Positions 18,342 through 27,233 of a stretch of DNA of 29,154 bases are shown piece by piece. Positions within the stretch are counted from its first letter, which is position 1; each line of letters begins with the position of its first letter. Origin of the DNA: a virus. Lineage: Duplodnaviria; Caudoviricetes. The stretch covers positions 1 through 29,154 of the IMG/VR virus record IMGVR_UViG_3300009026_000048. One strand, 5' to 3'. The notes beneath the pieces are model-generated. The model saw only the letters and a program-made list of their open reading frames with translations, searched no databases and had not been told where the DNA came from. Position numbers and translations under genes: made by a program.

Positions 18342-18758
18342 TTAATCTTGTTCACCAGCGATTAAATAACCCTTAAGAGCTTCTGCCAATCCAGAAAGCT
18401 CAACTGCTATTCTACTTATTCTTCTATGTTCTGAAGAAGCTATTTTTTCAAACAGTGTATCGCAACCAGCATTGTGTAATTGTCCCTGTACTGACGTTTG
18501 ATTGACACCGTTAACATACTCTACAAATCTTTCAATTTCTGAAATCCAACTAGCCAAGATATTTTTCTGTTTTGCTAGGGATTCCTTACGAATAACCTCT
18601 ACTTGACCAGAAGCTCCATCGAAGGCTTCTGGAGGCGTACCAGCATCTAATTCAGCCGCCATAGCACCAGCCTCATCTTCTGGAACGGCATCAATTGAAT
18701 CCGTTTCAACTTCATCTTGTTCCAGAAGTGTATTAAAATATTTTTCGTAAATTCCCAT
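18342..18758 (-). CDS. Hypothetical protein, probably late/virion-associated
   Basis: 138 aa, acidic N-terminus and helical C-terminus. TAAATA on the - strand at 18764-18769, 5 nt before ATG. Confidence 0.75.
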   Translation of the reverse strand: MGIYEKYFNTLLEQDEVETDSIDAVPEDEAGAMAAELDAGTPPEAFDGASGQVEVIRKESLAKQKNILASWISEIERFVEYVNGVNQTSVQGQLHNAGCDTLFEKIASSEHRRISRIAVELSGLAEALKGYLIAGEQD

Positions 18759-18763
18759 AAGAT

Positions 18764-18791
18764 TATTTAGCTATTGTACCTAAATATTTAG
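18764..18791. promoter_or_regulatory. Back-to-back late-type TAAATA promoters
   Basis: - strand TAAATA at 18764-18769; perfect palindrome CTAAATATTTAG at 18780-18791 that contains TAAATA on both strands. Confidence 0.6.
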
Positions 18792-18796
18792 TAGCG

Positions 18797-19183
18797 ATGA
18801 GAGAAAAATTTAATATCTTACAGGAAGATGATACTAAAATCTATAATAAGTGGGTTAAAGGTATAGCTAAACAAGAAGCTCCCTCAGAAGTCATTACTGT
18901 AGATGATATTGTAAATACGCACAGAAACAGTACGACATATAAGGGACCCGAAAATTTACCCTTTGGATTAAATTCTCTTTTACAACAAATTGGAAATTTA
19001 TTCGTTCAGTCCGCTAACCTTAGATTGAATTTACGAAATTCTTTATCAAATCCAGTCATTTCTGATTATGCACAAAAAGTTAGGGCTGTTAATACCATTA
19101 ACGATAAATTGGCCAAAATACAAGAAATTATTTTTTCAACAACGGAAGATATGAATAAAATAGTTGAAAATCCAAAAAAATGA
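18797..19183 (+). CDS. Hypothetical protein, probably late
   Basis: 128 aa. TAAATA at 18781-18786, 10 nt before ATG. Confidence 0.7.
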   Translation: MREKFNILQEDDTKIYNKWVKGIAKQEAPSEVITVDDIVNTHRNSTTYKGPENLPFGLNSLLQQIGNLFVQSANLRLNLRNSLSNPVISDYAQKVRAVNTINDKLAKIQEIIFSTTEDMNKIVENPKK

Positions 19184-19191
19184 TATAAAAT
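19164..19191 (+). promoter_or_regulatory. Sigma70-like promoter
   Basis: TTGAAA (19164-19169), 16 nt, TAAAAT (19186-19191); GTG at 19198. Confidence 0.5.
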
Positions 19192-19197
19192 ATATTT

Positions 19198-19653
19198 GTG
19201 ATTAAAAAATTAGCATATAGCTTTGCGATAACGCTTATAGTTTCAATATTGGGTGGGTTATTTTTCTTAAACTTTGGATTTAATTTTTGGATTAGCAGTA
19301 TTTTCTTTTTTCTACTACAAATTATTCTTTTCTATTTTTACGGTGAACACGTTAAAAGGCAAAATGCATTCTTTAAAGCGCAACTAGAACTTGAGGCTGC
19401 TATAGAGTTGTCCAAAATAACAGCTAGTGTCACCTGTCCATGTGATAAAAAAATAAAAAGTGAAATTCAAATAGATATCAATGGTGATAATACATATCAG
19501 TGTGGTGAGTGTTATAAAAAAATAGGAGTAATCGTAGAGACTAAAACTGTATTAAAAACCGACCCAATAACACACGACCCCCTATCTCACCCAGAAGTAT
19601 TAAATACTTTCGAGGAAGCATTGAAAGACCCATCACATAATGATAGAATTTGA
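19198..19653 (+). CDS. Membrane protein with two N-terminal TM helices and a C-terminal zinc ribbon
   Basis: Two hydrophobic segments in residues ~5-50, then CPC-x19-CGEC. Confidence 0.7.
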   Translation: MIKKLAYSFAITLIVSILGGLFFLNFGFNFWISSIFFFLLQIILFYFYGEHVKRQNAFFKAQLELEAAIELSKITASVTCPCDKKIKSEIQIDINGDNTYQCGECYKKIGVIVETKTVLKTDPITHDPLSHPEVLNTFEEALKDPSHNDRI

Positions 19654-20008
19654 CGAAGTTAAGGGTAGTAACATATCTCCAGAAGGAGAGAATACGAGAA
19701 TTCCTTCCGCGAAGGAAGTTGAATTGTTTTTTGAAATGCATTTTAAAAAAAATGTCGATGATTATTTGATTTATAAGAAAAATAAATTCAAAAACCCAAA
19801 CAAAGATACACTCAAGGATTTTATTTTCAAATTGGAAAATTTTGTTAAGGTTGAAAATAAAAATGATGAAAATTCATATCTAATCGACCTCCTCTTTTCC
19901 AATATCCAAACCAACATTAAAATATTAGATAATTTGAAATGTTTGCCAGATAATAAAAAAATACTATCGTTTTTAACATCTTTCACGGTTTCTAAATTTT
20001 TCACTTGA
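19640..20008 (+). CDS. Hypothetical protein
   Basis: 122-aa ORF overlapping the preceding gene. Confidence 0.6.
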   Translation: MIEFDEVKGSNISPEGENTRIPSAKEVELFFEMHFKKNVDDYLIYKKNKFKNPNKDTLKDFIFKLENFVKVENKNDENSYLIDLLFSNIQTNIKILDNLKCLPDNKKILSFLTSFTVSKFFT

Positions 20009-20033
20009 CACTTTCAGATGCAAGTAGTAATAT
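20005..20033 (+). promoter_or_regulatory. Sigma70-like promoter
   Basis: TTGACA (20005-20010), 17 nt, TAATAT (20028-20033); ATG at 20046. Confidence 0.65.
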
Positions 20034-20045
20034 CCCTTATTCAAT

Positions 20046-20405
20046 ATGAATAATATAACAATCGAAACTAAAAGCGGTGATTACAATATAAGCAGAGAGG
20101 GATTTATTAGATGGCTATGTCTTCTAGAGATTGTTGAAAAAACTGAAGAAAAAGCTAGAGAGTTGAAAGTTAACTTGGATAATATTGACTGGGTTAAGCC
20201 AGTTGCTTTTAAAAAATATATGAAAGAAAGATTTAAAAGTATGGAAATTGACTTGGATGCCGAAGAGGGAGGCATCGGGAGGAATTTGGATTATAACCCT
20301 CTTAATAATATCCCCCGTATTCAAGAGTATCATTCACAGACATATCAAACACAAACTTCTTTGATTCAGAATCAGGATCTTGTGGATACGATTCATCACG
20401 TTTAA
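20046..20405 (+). CDS. Hypothetical protein
   Basis: RWLCLLEIVEK..DWVKPVAFKKYMKERF. The 3' end overlaps the convergent gp14-like gene by 104 bp. Confidence 0.65.
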   Translation: MNNITIETKSGDYNISREGFIRWLCLLEIVEKTEEKARELKVNLDNIDWVKPVAFKKYMKERFKSMEIDLDAEEGGIGRNLDYNPLNNIPRIQEYHSQTYQTQTSLIQNQDLVDTIHHV

Positions 20406-21054
20406 CGAGAGGAGTTTTGGAGCCAGATAAATCACCGTAAAAGCTATCATCATAGACTTGAGTATTCCCCTTCTCCTGTGAGAGATTCTCAAAGGAATGC
20501 TCAAGTCTTTTGGCTTTCAATAACCAGACATAGTGTCCACCTAGGGGATTTATTTGTGAATTATCCTCATCGCATCTTTCAGTGATTTCATACATTTTAC
20601 CATCACGCTCACCAGGTCTATCTGAACCATATTCAACTAATTTAAATACGTCTCCAGCCTTTGGTTCGAGGCTAGGTGGATAGTGTGCATAGAATGAACT
20701 AATGTGTAAATAAGCTGTGACTTGATCATCAGATTGATATCCAAACTTAGATAGAACCAATGCATTTTCTGTCAAAGTCATGATCATTATCATCGTCTTC
20801 GGTAATTCAAATTGATTTAATGGCATCTCTCCGTAAGTTAGATCACCATCTTGTAAATTAAAAAGATTTCTATAATATAATATCTTTTGACCATACATGT
20901 CTATTTGTTCTCGCCAGTAATTACTATAAAGTGCTCTCTCCGCTTGATTTTTATCCTTATCTGTAAACCTTATTGTTGGTTGAATGTATTCTAGGTAATT
21001 ATTCGGATACGTTCTGATACAATTCACTCCAGTATATTTGTCGTAAGTTATCAT
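20302..21054 (-). CDS. gp14: Neck/head-completion protein (T4 gp14-like)
   Basis: REQIDMYGQKILYY, YGE, LSKFGYQSDDQVT and EPKAGDVF match the gp14 pattern (E.I..yG..vyY, SKFG....D, P..GDL). Downstream of the portal on the same strand. Confidence 0.75.
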   Translation of the reverse strand: MITYDKYTGVNCIRTYPNNYLEYIQPTIRFTDKDKNQAERALYSNYWREQIDMYGQKILYYRNLFNLQDGDLTYGEMPLNQFELPKTMIMIMTLTENALVLSKFGYQSDDQVTAYLHISSFYAHYPPSLEPKAGDVFKLVEYGSDRPGERDGKMYEITERCDEDNSQINPLGGHYVWLLKAKRLEHSFENLSQEKGNTQVYDDSFYGDLSGSKTPLVKRDESYPQDPDSESKKFVFDMSVNDTLEYGGYY

Positions 21055-21440
21055 TTTTTTAGTATAAAAGAGTTAGTTGGTTCATTCCAAATAATCATAA
21101 TTCCTGTATTCCCCAATTTCTTAGGTTCTAATTTAGAAACGCTATTTATGTGATATTTTTTACAAATAGCTCTCAGCTGAACTATGTTTACTGGAACATT
21201 TACAGTTGGATTGTTTTTCAATCTTTCAACCTGTTGAATTACGCTCATGTCGGGTTTATGCATTTCTGGAACAGTTTGAGCGTGTTTTCTTTTAAATGGA
21301 TCTAAAACAATAGATCGCCTATGTCTGGATTCTTTATTTCTTTTATGCTTGGCTTCACCCATAGGCATAAACATATTAGCATAACCACCATTCCACGTTT
21401 GCTCTAAAATAATAGAAAATGTATTGGCAAATAATCCCAT
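21051..21440 (-). CDS. Basic hypothetical protein, probably late/virion-associated
   Basis: 129 aa between portal and neck genes. TAAATA on the - strand at 21446-21451, 5 nt before ATG. Confidence 0.7.
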   Translation of the reverse strand: MGLFANTFSIILEQTWNGGYANMFMPMGEAKHKRNKESRHRRSIVLDPFKRKHAQTVPEMHKPDMSVIQQVERLKNNPTVNVPVNIVQLRAICKKYHINSVSKLEPKKLGNTGIMIIWNEPTNSFILKK

Positions 21441-21460
21441 AGAATTATTTAACCAAAAAC

Positions 21461-23272
21461 CTATTCAGAAGCTCCAGCTTCAGGTGCTTGATTTTCAGGA
21501 GGGGTCCCACCAGAGGGAGGAGGTCCGAAATTAGGAGGAGCTTCACTTCCACCACCAGCAGGAGGAGGGGCTTCACCGCCACCAGAAGGAGGTGGAGCAC
21601 CTTCACCTCCTGGAATAGCCCCTCCAGCTCCAGCCGCTAATGGTTGACCCTCAACCATTTCTCCACTAACTGCCGCACCTCTCCAGTTTCCACCATTTGC
21701 TTGAATTTGAGCCAATTCAAATTCAAGTTCTTTATCTTTTTTCAAGAATGCTCTATTTGCCAAGATTTCTTGATCATCCCACTTGAGGTATTTCTTTTGT
21801 GCATATGTCTTAGAGATAGATTCATTCTGAGTCATATTATTAAATGTTGTATATTTTATTTCAGACTTTTGAGCTTCTCTCATTTCGTAAAAATTAACAG
21901 GAGGTACGAAATTTAAGTTGAAGTCAGTTTCCTTTATATCATATTTGTCCCAAAGTCCCTTTAGTCTTAAATGGACAATAAATGTGTTTTTTATGCTTTC
22001 AGAAAATTGAGACTGTAGTCTCATAATAAAGTTTGCGAATTTCAACTCTTCTCTAAGGATAGACATCCCGTCATTATAAGCAGATTCTGGTGAGATTCTA
22101 TTTACTGGAACCTTCAATGCCTTGTATAGTTTTATTAAAAAATAATCTAAATCTGGTAAACTATTGAGAGCTTGTCCAGCGGGTAATGATTTGACATCAG
22201 TGCCTTCCGATCCCTGTCTTTTAGCGAACCAATAGTTATCCAAATAACTCTGAGGATTAAACTTATTAACTTGCCCACTTTGATCCATGTCAAATGTTCT
22301 CTTGGACCAATAATCTTGAATCATCTTCCTGAGATATGCTTCAGCTTTAGGTGCTGGCATTGTACCAACATCCACATTGAAGACCAATCTCTCAGGTGCT
22401 CTAGCTAAACGATAAATTACTATACTATCTTCAATCAAAGATAACTGCCTATAAGATCTTCTTGCGTTTTCAATAAAAGGAATACGCATTGTTTTGTTCT
22501 CATTCCAAATACCAGAATTAACATATGTTATCTGATTCTTATCCATTGGAATTAATGCATAATCTATTATTTTTGAAGGATTTGTCTTATCGAAAACTGG
22601 TTTACGTAGCAAAAATCCTTTGATCATCATATTTTGGACATTACCAAAAATGGGATCAATTAATTCAGTAGGGACACTAATAACTCCTAGAACACCCTCA
22701 TCTTCTCTCTCCTTGTGAATTACATTTTCCCAATACAATTCCCCATCAACTAATACACTGCGAATGTATTCCCAACCTTTTTTCTCAAGTTCAAAATAAT
22801 TTATAACCTTATCGAACTCTTCATCTATTTCCTTTTTAACCTCTGTTTTAAATTTTTCTTTGGTGTATTCTAACAATATGATTTCACCATTTTCATTTTT
22901 ATTTATTCCCTCATCACAAATTTCATCCAATGCTTCACTTACCTCCGAAAAAGCCGCCATTACACGATAGTCACGAATTCTTGCGATCTTATCTGCCTGA
23001 ACATTCGCATACATGTATTGCGAAAAGTTTGAATCGATGTTAAAAAATGCAGAAGGTGATAAATCATTGTATTCAGATGAAGAACTAATACTTTGTCTGG
23101 ACAGTGCTTCGGTTCTTTTAGAACCAGTATCTTGAAAGGATTTAAATTTCGGATTTAGTTTAGAAATAGTATCTATAACAGTATAAGACTGATATGGAAG
23201 ATAAGAATTAACATAATTCATTAAACTTCTTCCGAATGTAGATTCTCTTCCTGTTGAGGCGTTTGCTGGCAC
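21461..23272 (-). CDS. gp20: Portal vertex protein (T4 gp20-like)
   Basis: YRVMA..SEVSEALDEICDE, QLSLIEDSIVIYRLARAPERLVFNVDVGTMP..KAEAYL, DNYWF.KRQGSEGTDVKSLP, KLYKALKVPVNR, REELKFANFI.RLQ. GTG start. Confidence 0.96.
   Translation of the reverse strand: MPANASTGRESTFGRSLMNYVNSYLPYQSYTVIDTISKLNPKFKSFQDTGSKRTEALSRQSISSSSEYNDLSPSAFFNIDSNFSQYMYANVQADKIARIRDYRVMAAFSEVSEALDEICDEGINKNENGEIILLEYTKEKFKTEVKKEIDEEFDKVINYFELEKKGWEYIRSVLVDGELYWENVIHKEREDEGVLGVISVPTELIDPIFGNVQNMMIKGFLLRKPVFDKTNPSKIIDYALIPMDKNQITYVNSGIWNENKTMRIPFIENARRSYRQLSLIEDSIVIYRLARAPERLVFNVDVGTMPAPKAEAYLRKMIQDYWSKRTFDMDQSGQVNKFNPQSYLDNYWFAKRQGSEGTDVKSLPAGQALNSLPDLDYFLIKLYKALKVPVNRISPESAYNDGMSILREELKFANFIMRLQSQFSESIKNTFIVHLRLKGLWDKYDIKETDFNLNFVPPVNFYEMREAQKSEIKYTTFNNMTQNESISKTYAQKKYLKWDDQEILANRAFLKKDKELEFELAQIQANGGNWRGAAVSGEMVEGQPLAAGAGGAIPGGEGAPPPSGGGEAPPPAGGGSEAPPNFGPPPSGGTPPENQAPEAGASE
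21480..21640 (-). repeat. Gly/Pro-rich low-complexity repeat in the portal C-terminus
   Basis: GGEGAPPPSGGGEAPPPAGGGSEAPPNFGPPPSGGTPP; locally GC-rich imperfect GGAGGxGG repeats. Confidence 0.8.
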
Positions 23273-23277
23273 GTTAT

Positions 23278-23283
23278 TATTTA
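23278..23283 (-). promoter_or_regulatory. Late-type promoter (TAAATA) of the portal gene
   Basis: - strand reads CATAAATAATAAC-GTG, similar to the T4 gp55-dependent TATAAATA box, 5 nt before the start. Confidence 0.7.
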
Positions 23284-23351
23284 TGTGTCGGTTTTCAAAA
23301 ATAAAGTTTTTTTGTCTGGTATTTTTAGAAATTTCAACTACAATACGAATA

Positions 23352-23633
23352 ATGCAAACATTAGATTACGTAAAAAATATACTATTTCATAAAAAAAAGC
23401 ACACTTCAAAAAATATAGAAGATCTTAAAACATACAATCCATTTATGGTTAATCGTTGGGCATCTATGTTTGATGGTGAATCCGCGAACATCATAAATCA
23501 AACCACCAATAAGGTTAATTATTTTAACAATGATAAGGATATGCACTATAAAATGTTATTAAATATTGTTCCGAAAAAGAAATCCAAAATGATAGATTAT
23601 ATTAAAAAACAAATTGAAGAAACAGTTGAATAA
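23352..23633 (+). CDS. Probable clamp-loader small subunit (T4 gp62-like)
   Basis: YNPFMVNRWASM resembles the gp62 Y.PF..NR.LS motif. Likely start ATG 23352, 7 nt after TACAAT (23339-23344). Short for the family. Confidence 0.55.
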   Translation: MQTLDYVKNILFHKKKHTSKNIEDLKTYNPFMVNRWASMFDGESANIINQTTNKVNYFNNDKDMHYKMLLNIVPKKKSKMIDYIKKQIEETVE

Positions 23634-23675
23634 TATCCCTTGCATTTTAATATTATGGTGTAAATAGAAACACAT

Positions 23676-24134
23676 ATGAAAATGGATATTGATAAATTGG
23701 AAGTACAACGATCTTTGATCGATTTAGATGGTTTTTCGCAAAATTCTTTAAACAGTGTTTTTATTGGATACGATCTATCTCAAGTATTGGATGATATTGT
23801 TTTGGTGGAGTTGGTGGATTTGGGTGGACACACTAATGAAATTGTTAGAAATGGCTTGATTGTTCCAGTTAACGCTGACACCCAAGCATGGAGGGTTGGT
23901 AAAGTAATTCTTTGCGGTCAGGGTGTATCTCTGGTCAAAAAAGATGATCACGTTATTTTCCCCAATAATAAAGGCATCATGATTTCTAATGTCGAAATTG
24001 ACGGTTACGGCACATTGAATCATGGGCAGTTTTTAAATGAACATAGAATTTTCGGCATAGCTAAACCTAGAAAAGATGTACATATCAAGACAGAATCTAA
24101 AAGCACTCGCAACAACAAACGTTTGCGAAATTAA
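23676..24134 (+). CDS. GroES/Cpn10-like co-chaperonin
   Basis: VLDDIVLVE..NGLIVP..GKVILCGQG..VKKDDHVIFP..LNEHRIFGI follows the GroES pattern. TAAATA at 23661-23666. Confidence 0.75.
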   Translation: MKMDIDKLEVQRSLIDLDGFSQNSLNSVFIGYDLSQVLDDIVLVELVDLGGHTNEIVRNGLIVPVNADTQAWRVGKVILCGQGVSLVKKDDHVIFPNNKGIMISNVEIDGYGTLNHGQFLNEHRIFGIAKPRKDVHIKTESKSTRNNKRLRN

Positions 24135-24471
24135 GTTCCGCCGAAGGAACTATGTTGTGGGTAAATCATTGTACAGAAGAATGTTATGTACAAGATCACC
24201 ATTACTACTAGAGTCCTTAGATGGTAGGCTAACCTTGAATTATGATGGGAGAATGTACAACCCTCCAGCATATAATCCAGATGATTATAAATTAGTGTTG
24301 GTTTGGGATATTTTAATGCAAGATTATAGGTGCGTTAATATGAGTTACTGTAATTTGATTGCTAAGATACCTCTAATAAACAATGATGCCATTAATAAAT
24401 TTTGGGATTACTTTAATAAAGAGATATATCCAAAAAGTCCCAATGAAAAACAATATTGGATGAATTTGTAA
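24076..24471 (+). CDS. Hypothetical protein (SH3/WYL-like beta-barrel, DUF2693-like)
   Basis: VCEIKFRRR..RRMLCT..LVWDILMQDYRCVN resembles the phage V.F.K...R.M..T...vwD....wR family. Confidence 0.5.
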   Translation: MYISRQNLKALATTNVCEIKFRRRNYVVGKSLYRRMLCTRSPLLLESLDGRLTLNYDGRMYNPPAYNPDDYKLVLVWDILMQDYRCVNMSYCNLIAKIPLINNDAINKFWDYFNKEIYPKSPNEKQYWMNL

Positions 24472-24474
24472 ATT

Positions 24475-24807
24475 ATGAAAGACACTGGAAATGAAATATT
24501 CTTAGATAATTTGCATCGAAATTTGCGTTTCGTTTGCAATAATAAGACAATAAAGGAAGGTAAGTTGATACTTTTCAATTTTAGTGATTTTTATTATTCT
24601 TTTACGTTAGATGTTTCTGGTACAATAAAATATTACAAATTACCGATGGCTTTTTCAGTGACAGACAACTTGAGTTCTATACGTTTAGACTACAGTATAA
24701 AAAAATTGTGTTATTCTATTGACGAATTTGAATTTTCATGTAAGATGATAAAACCAATATCCAAAAACGCATTATATGATAATGTGGTGGATGTGGTTTT
24801 CATATGA
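24475..24807 (+). CDS. Hypothetical protein
   Basis: 110-aa ORF with ATGA overlap to the helicase gene. Confidence 0.65.
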   Translation: MKDTGNEIFLDNLHRNLRFVCNNKTIKEGKLILFNFSDFYYSFTLDVSGTIKYYKLPMAFSVTDNLSSIRLDYSIKKLCYSIDEFEFSCKMIKPISKNALYDNVVDVVFI

Positions 24808-26420
24808 TCAAAAACTTTCCTTCTGAATTCAAACCTAAAAAATCTCAAATTGAACTTATAAATGAAATAGGTTCAGCCTTCACTCGTAAAAAATTTGTAA
24901 TTGTATCCGCTCCCACTGGGACTGGTAAAAGTTTCCTTTCAGCCACTCTAGCGAATTCATCGGATGCTCCTAGTGGAGAATTTAAACGTCTTGTGAATTC
25001 ATATGAAGCATATGCACAAAACGAAAATGGGGGTTATGATAGAGAAGATGATCTTTTCGAGGAACCACCGTTCGGTGGATTTGTTTTAACAATCACAAAG
25101 GCATTACAAGATCAGTATTTGTCTTTATTTAAAGACTGTAAGGTTTTTAAAGGTAAGAGTAATTATATGTGTAATGTCGATCAACATTCCGATGTTGAAA
25201 TTGCACCATGTATGATGCTATCTAAAATGAAAGAAGATTGTTGGAAAAAAAACTTCTGCTCATATTATAATGCAAGAAACGAGGCACTCACAAGTCAATT
25301 TACTGCTTTAAATTATAAAATATTTTTTACTGTCCCAGATCATTTGAAGAGAAAAAATTATATCATTTGTGATGAAGCATCTGAACTGGAAAATGAAATT
25401 GTTAAACAATTCACCCTTTCAATTGATTTCGATAAAATATCAAAATATGATGTTCCTATAAGCAGACTCACCACGGATGATTTCTATAAGGCTATTAAAT
25501 GGGTGGAAAATTCCGAGTTAGAAATTTCAGATTATTTGGAAGAATTAAAAAAATCTTTAAATGCTAGAAAGGAATTAATTTCTGAAAGAGAAAAATCTCA
25601 GTATTTATTTGTTAGGAATTTGTCGAATAGTATTTCAAATATTTTAAAATATAAAAATGATGCTTCTTGGATAATTGATCGTCAAAAAAATGTAGTAAAT
25701 TTCATACCACTAAAGGTAGATACATTATCTAAAAATATTTTTTCACATGGTGATAAGATTTTATTAATGTCTGCCACTATCGTCGATCATGTTAAATTTG
25801 CGAAATCTTTAGGAATAGATGATTACGAGTACATTGAAGCCGATTCATCTTTTGAGGCTTCGAAATCACCAATCTACATATCAACAAAGCATAAATTAAA
25901 CCATGCCAATTTAAGTGAAAAGATTCCCTTGATAGCTGAACAAATTAAAGAAATTTGTAAAATACATAAAGACGTTAAAGGTATAATCCATACTCATACG
26001 ATGAGTATTGCGGAACAGCTGAAGAGACACTTAGGAGAGAGTAGTAGGTTCTTGTATAGAGATAGCCTTTCAAGTAATGATATGCTCTTGGCAGAACACT
26101 CAGAGTCAAAAGATCCCACAGTTATAGTTAGCCCATCATTAACTTATGGTGTGGATTTAAAAGGTGATTTGGGAAGATTTTGTATCGTAGTTAAATTACC
26201 CTATTTGCCTTTTTCTGATAAAAGAATTAATAGGATTTTTAAAGAGGATAGTGTCTGGTACACTAATGCCATGTTGAATAATTTGGTCCAAATGTGTGGA
26301 AGATGCACTAGAGATGAGAGCGACTTTTCAGATACTTACATATTAGATGGGAATATTGAACAGGTGATTATGCGTAATAATAAAAAATTACCTAAATACT
26401 TCTTAGAACGTTTTAAGTAA
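24804..26420 (+). CDS. DinG/XPD (Rad3)-family SF2 helicase with Fe-S cluster
   Basis: Q motif, Walker A APTGTGKS, KGKSNYMC..APC..DC..FCSY (four Cys), DEAS, MSAT, GVDL, KLPY, QMCGRCTR, TYILD. Confidence 0.9.
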   Translation: MIKNFPSEFKPKKSQIELINEIGSAFTRKKFVIVSAPTGTGKSFLSATLANSSDAPSGEFKRLVNSYEAYAQNENGGYDREDDLFEEPPFGGFVLTITKALQDQYLSLFKDCKVFKGKSNYMCNVDQHSDVEIAPCMMLSKMKEDCWKKNFCSYYNARNEALTSQFTALNYKIFFTVPDHLKRKNYIICDEASELENEIVKQFTLSIDFDKISKYDVPISRLTTDDFYKAIKWVENSELEISDYLEELKKSLNARKELISEREKSQYLFVRNLSNSISNILKYKNDASWIIDRQKNVVNFIPLKVDTLSKNIFSHGDKILLMSATIVDHVKFAKSLGIDDYEYIEADSSFEASKSPIYISTKHKLNHANLSEKIPLIAEQIKEICKIHKDVKGIIHTHTMSIAEQLKRHLGESSRFLYRDSLSSNDMLLAEHSESKDPTVIVSPSLTYGVDLKGDLGRFCIVVKLPYLPFSDKRINRIFKEDSVWYTNAMLNNLVQMCGRCTRDESDFSDTYILDGNIEQVIMRNNKKLPKYFLERFK

Positions 26421-27233
26421 ATGCGTAAAAATCCCTACTTTTTTGAAATTAAGAATCTATTGGTTCAATTCTTGGCCGCTTTTAATAATGTGGTCATTAA
26501 AAGATTCAATGCTGAACGAGATGTTGGACAGACAGTTCAGGTTAGATATGTATATGCTCCCAAACAGAGGGTGATGTATGATGTTGTTAACTTTTCACAA
26601 AACATAACTCTTCCAGTTGTAAGTATAAACATAACTAGTTTCAGCAGAGACAATAGCCGTGTTTTTAATAAAAATGGTGGATTTTATAAGCCAAATTCAA
26701 CAGTAATTGACGAAAAAAACAAAGGACAGCTGAGTAATTTTTATAGGACACCAGTTCCAGTTAATATATCAGTAGAAATGAATATAATGACCAAGTACCA
26801 AACGGACTTGGATCAGATAATGTCTAATTTTATACCTTTCTGCAATCCTTACATAATACTCTCTTGGAAAGTGCCAGAGGAATATAATATCCCATTCATA
26901 GAAGAAATACGTTCAGAGGTATTGTGGAATGGAATTGTGAATGTCGAGTATCCAACCGACATTGCTGGTAATAAAAAATCGGTTATAATAGGTAAAACAG
27001 GATTTGAAATAAAAGGTTGGATATTTCCAGCGGAAGAAGTTCCGATTAAAAATATATTCTTTATTGACGCCGCACTTACGGTCGCTAAGGGAAATCTGCA
27101 AGAAAGTAGTTATTTTTCACTCAGTTCTCAGGTTATAGAAAAAGATGATTGTTCAACTTATTACAATACTGAAATCGTATCAATTTCTGCTGCTCCTCAA
27201 ATGGATAACGTATTTTTCAATTTTTCATCTTGA
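26421..27233 (+). CDS. gp15: Tail terminator/sheath stabiliser (T4 gp15-like)
   Basis: YFFEIKNLLVQFLAAFNNVVIKR, VRYVYAPKQR, TLPVVS, PVPVNISVEMNI.TKYQTDLDQIMSNFIPF.NP, FEIKGWIFP. TAAATA at 26393-26398. Confidence 0.8.
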   Translation: MRKNPYFFEIKNLLVQFLAAFNNVVIKRFNAERDVGQTVQVRYVYAPKQRVMYDVVNFSQNITLPVVSINITSFSRDNSRVFNKNGGFYKPNSTVIDEKNKGQLSNFYRTPVPVNISVEMNIMTKYQTDLDQIMSNFIPFCNPYIILSWKVPEEYNIPFIEEIRSEVLWNGIVNVEYPTDIAGNKKSVIIGKTGFEIKGWIFPAEEVPIKNIFFIDAALTVAKGNLQESSYFSLSSQVIEKDDCSTYYNTEIVSISAAPQMDNVFFNFSS

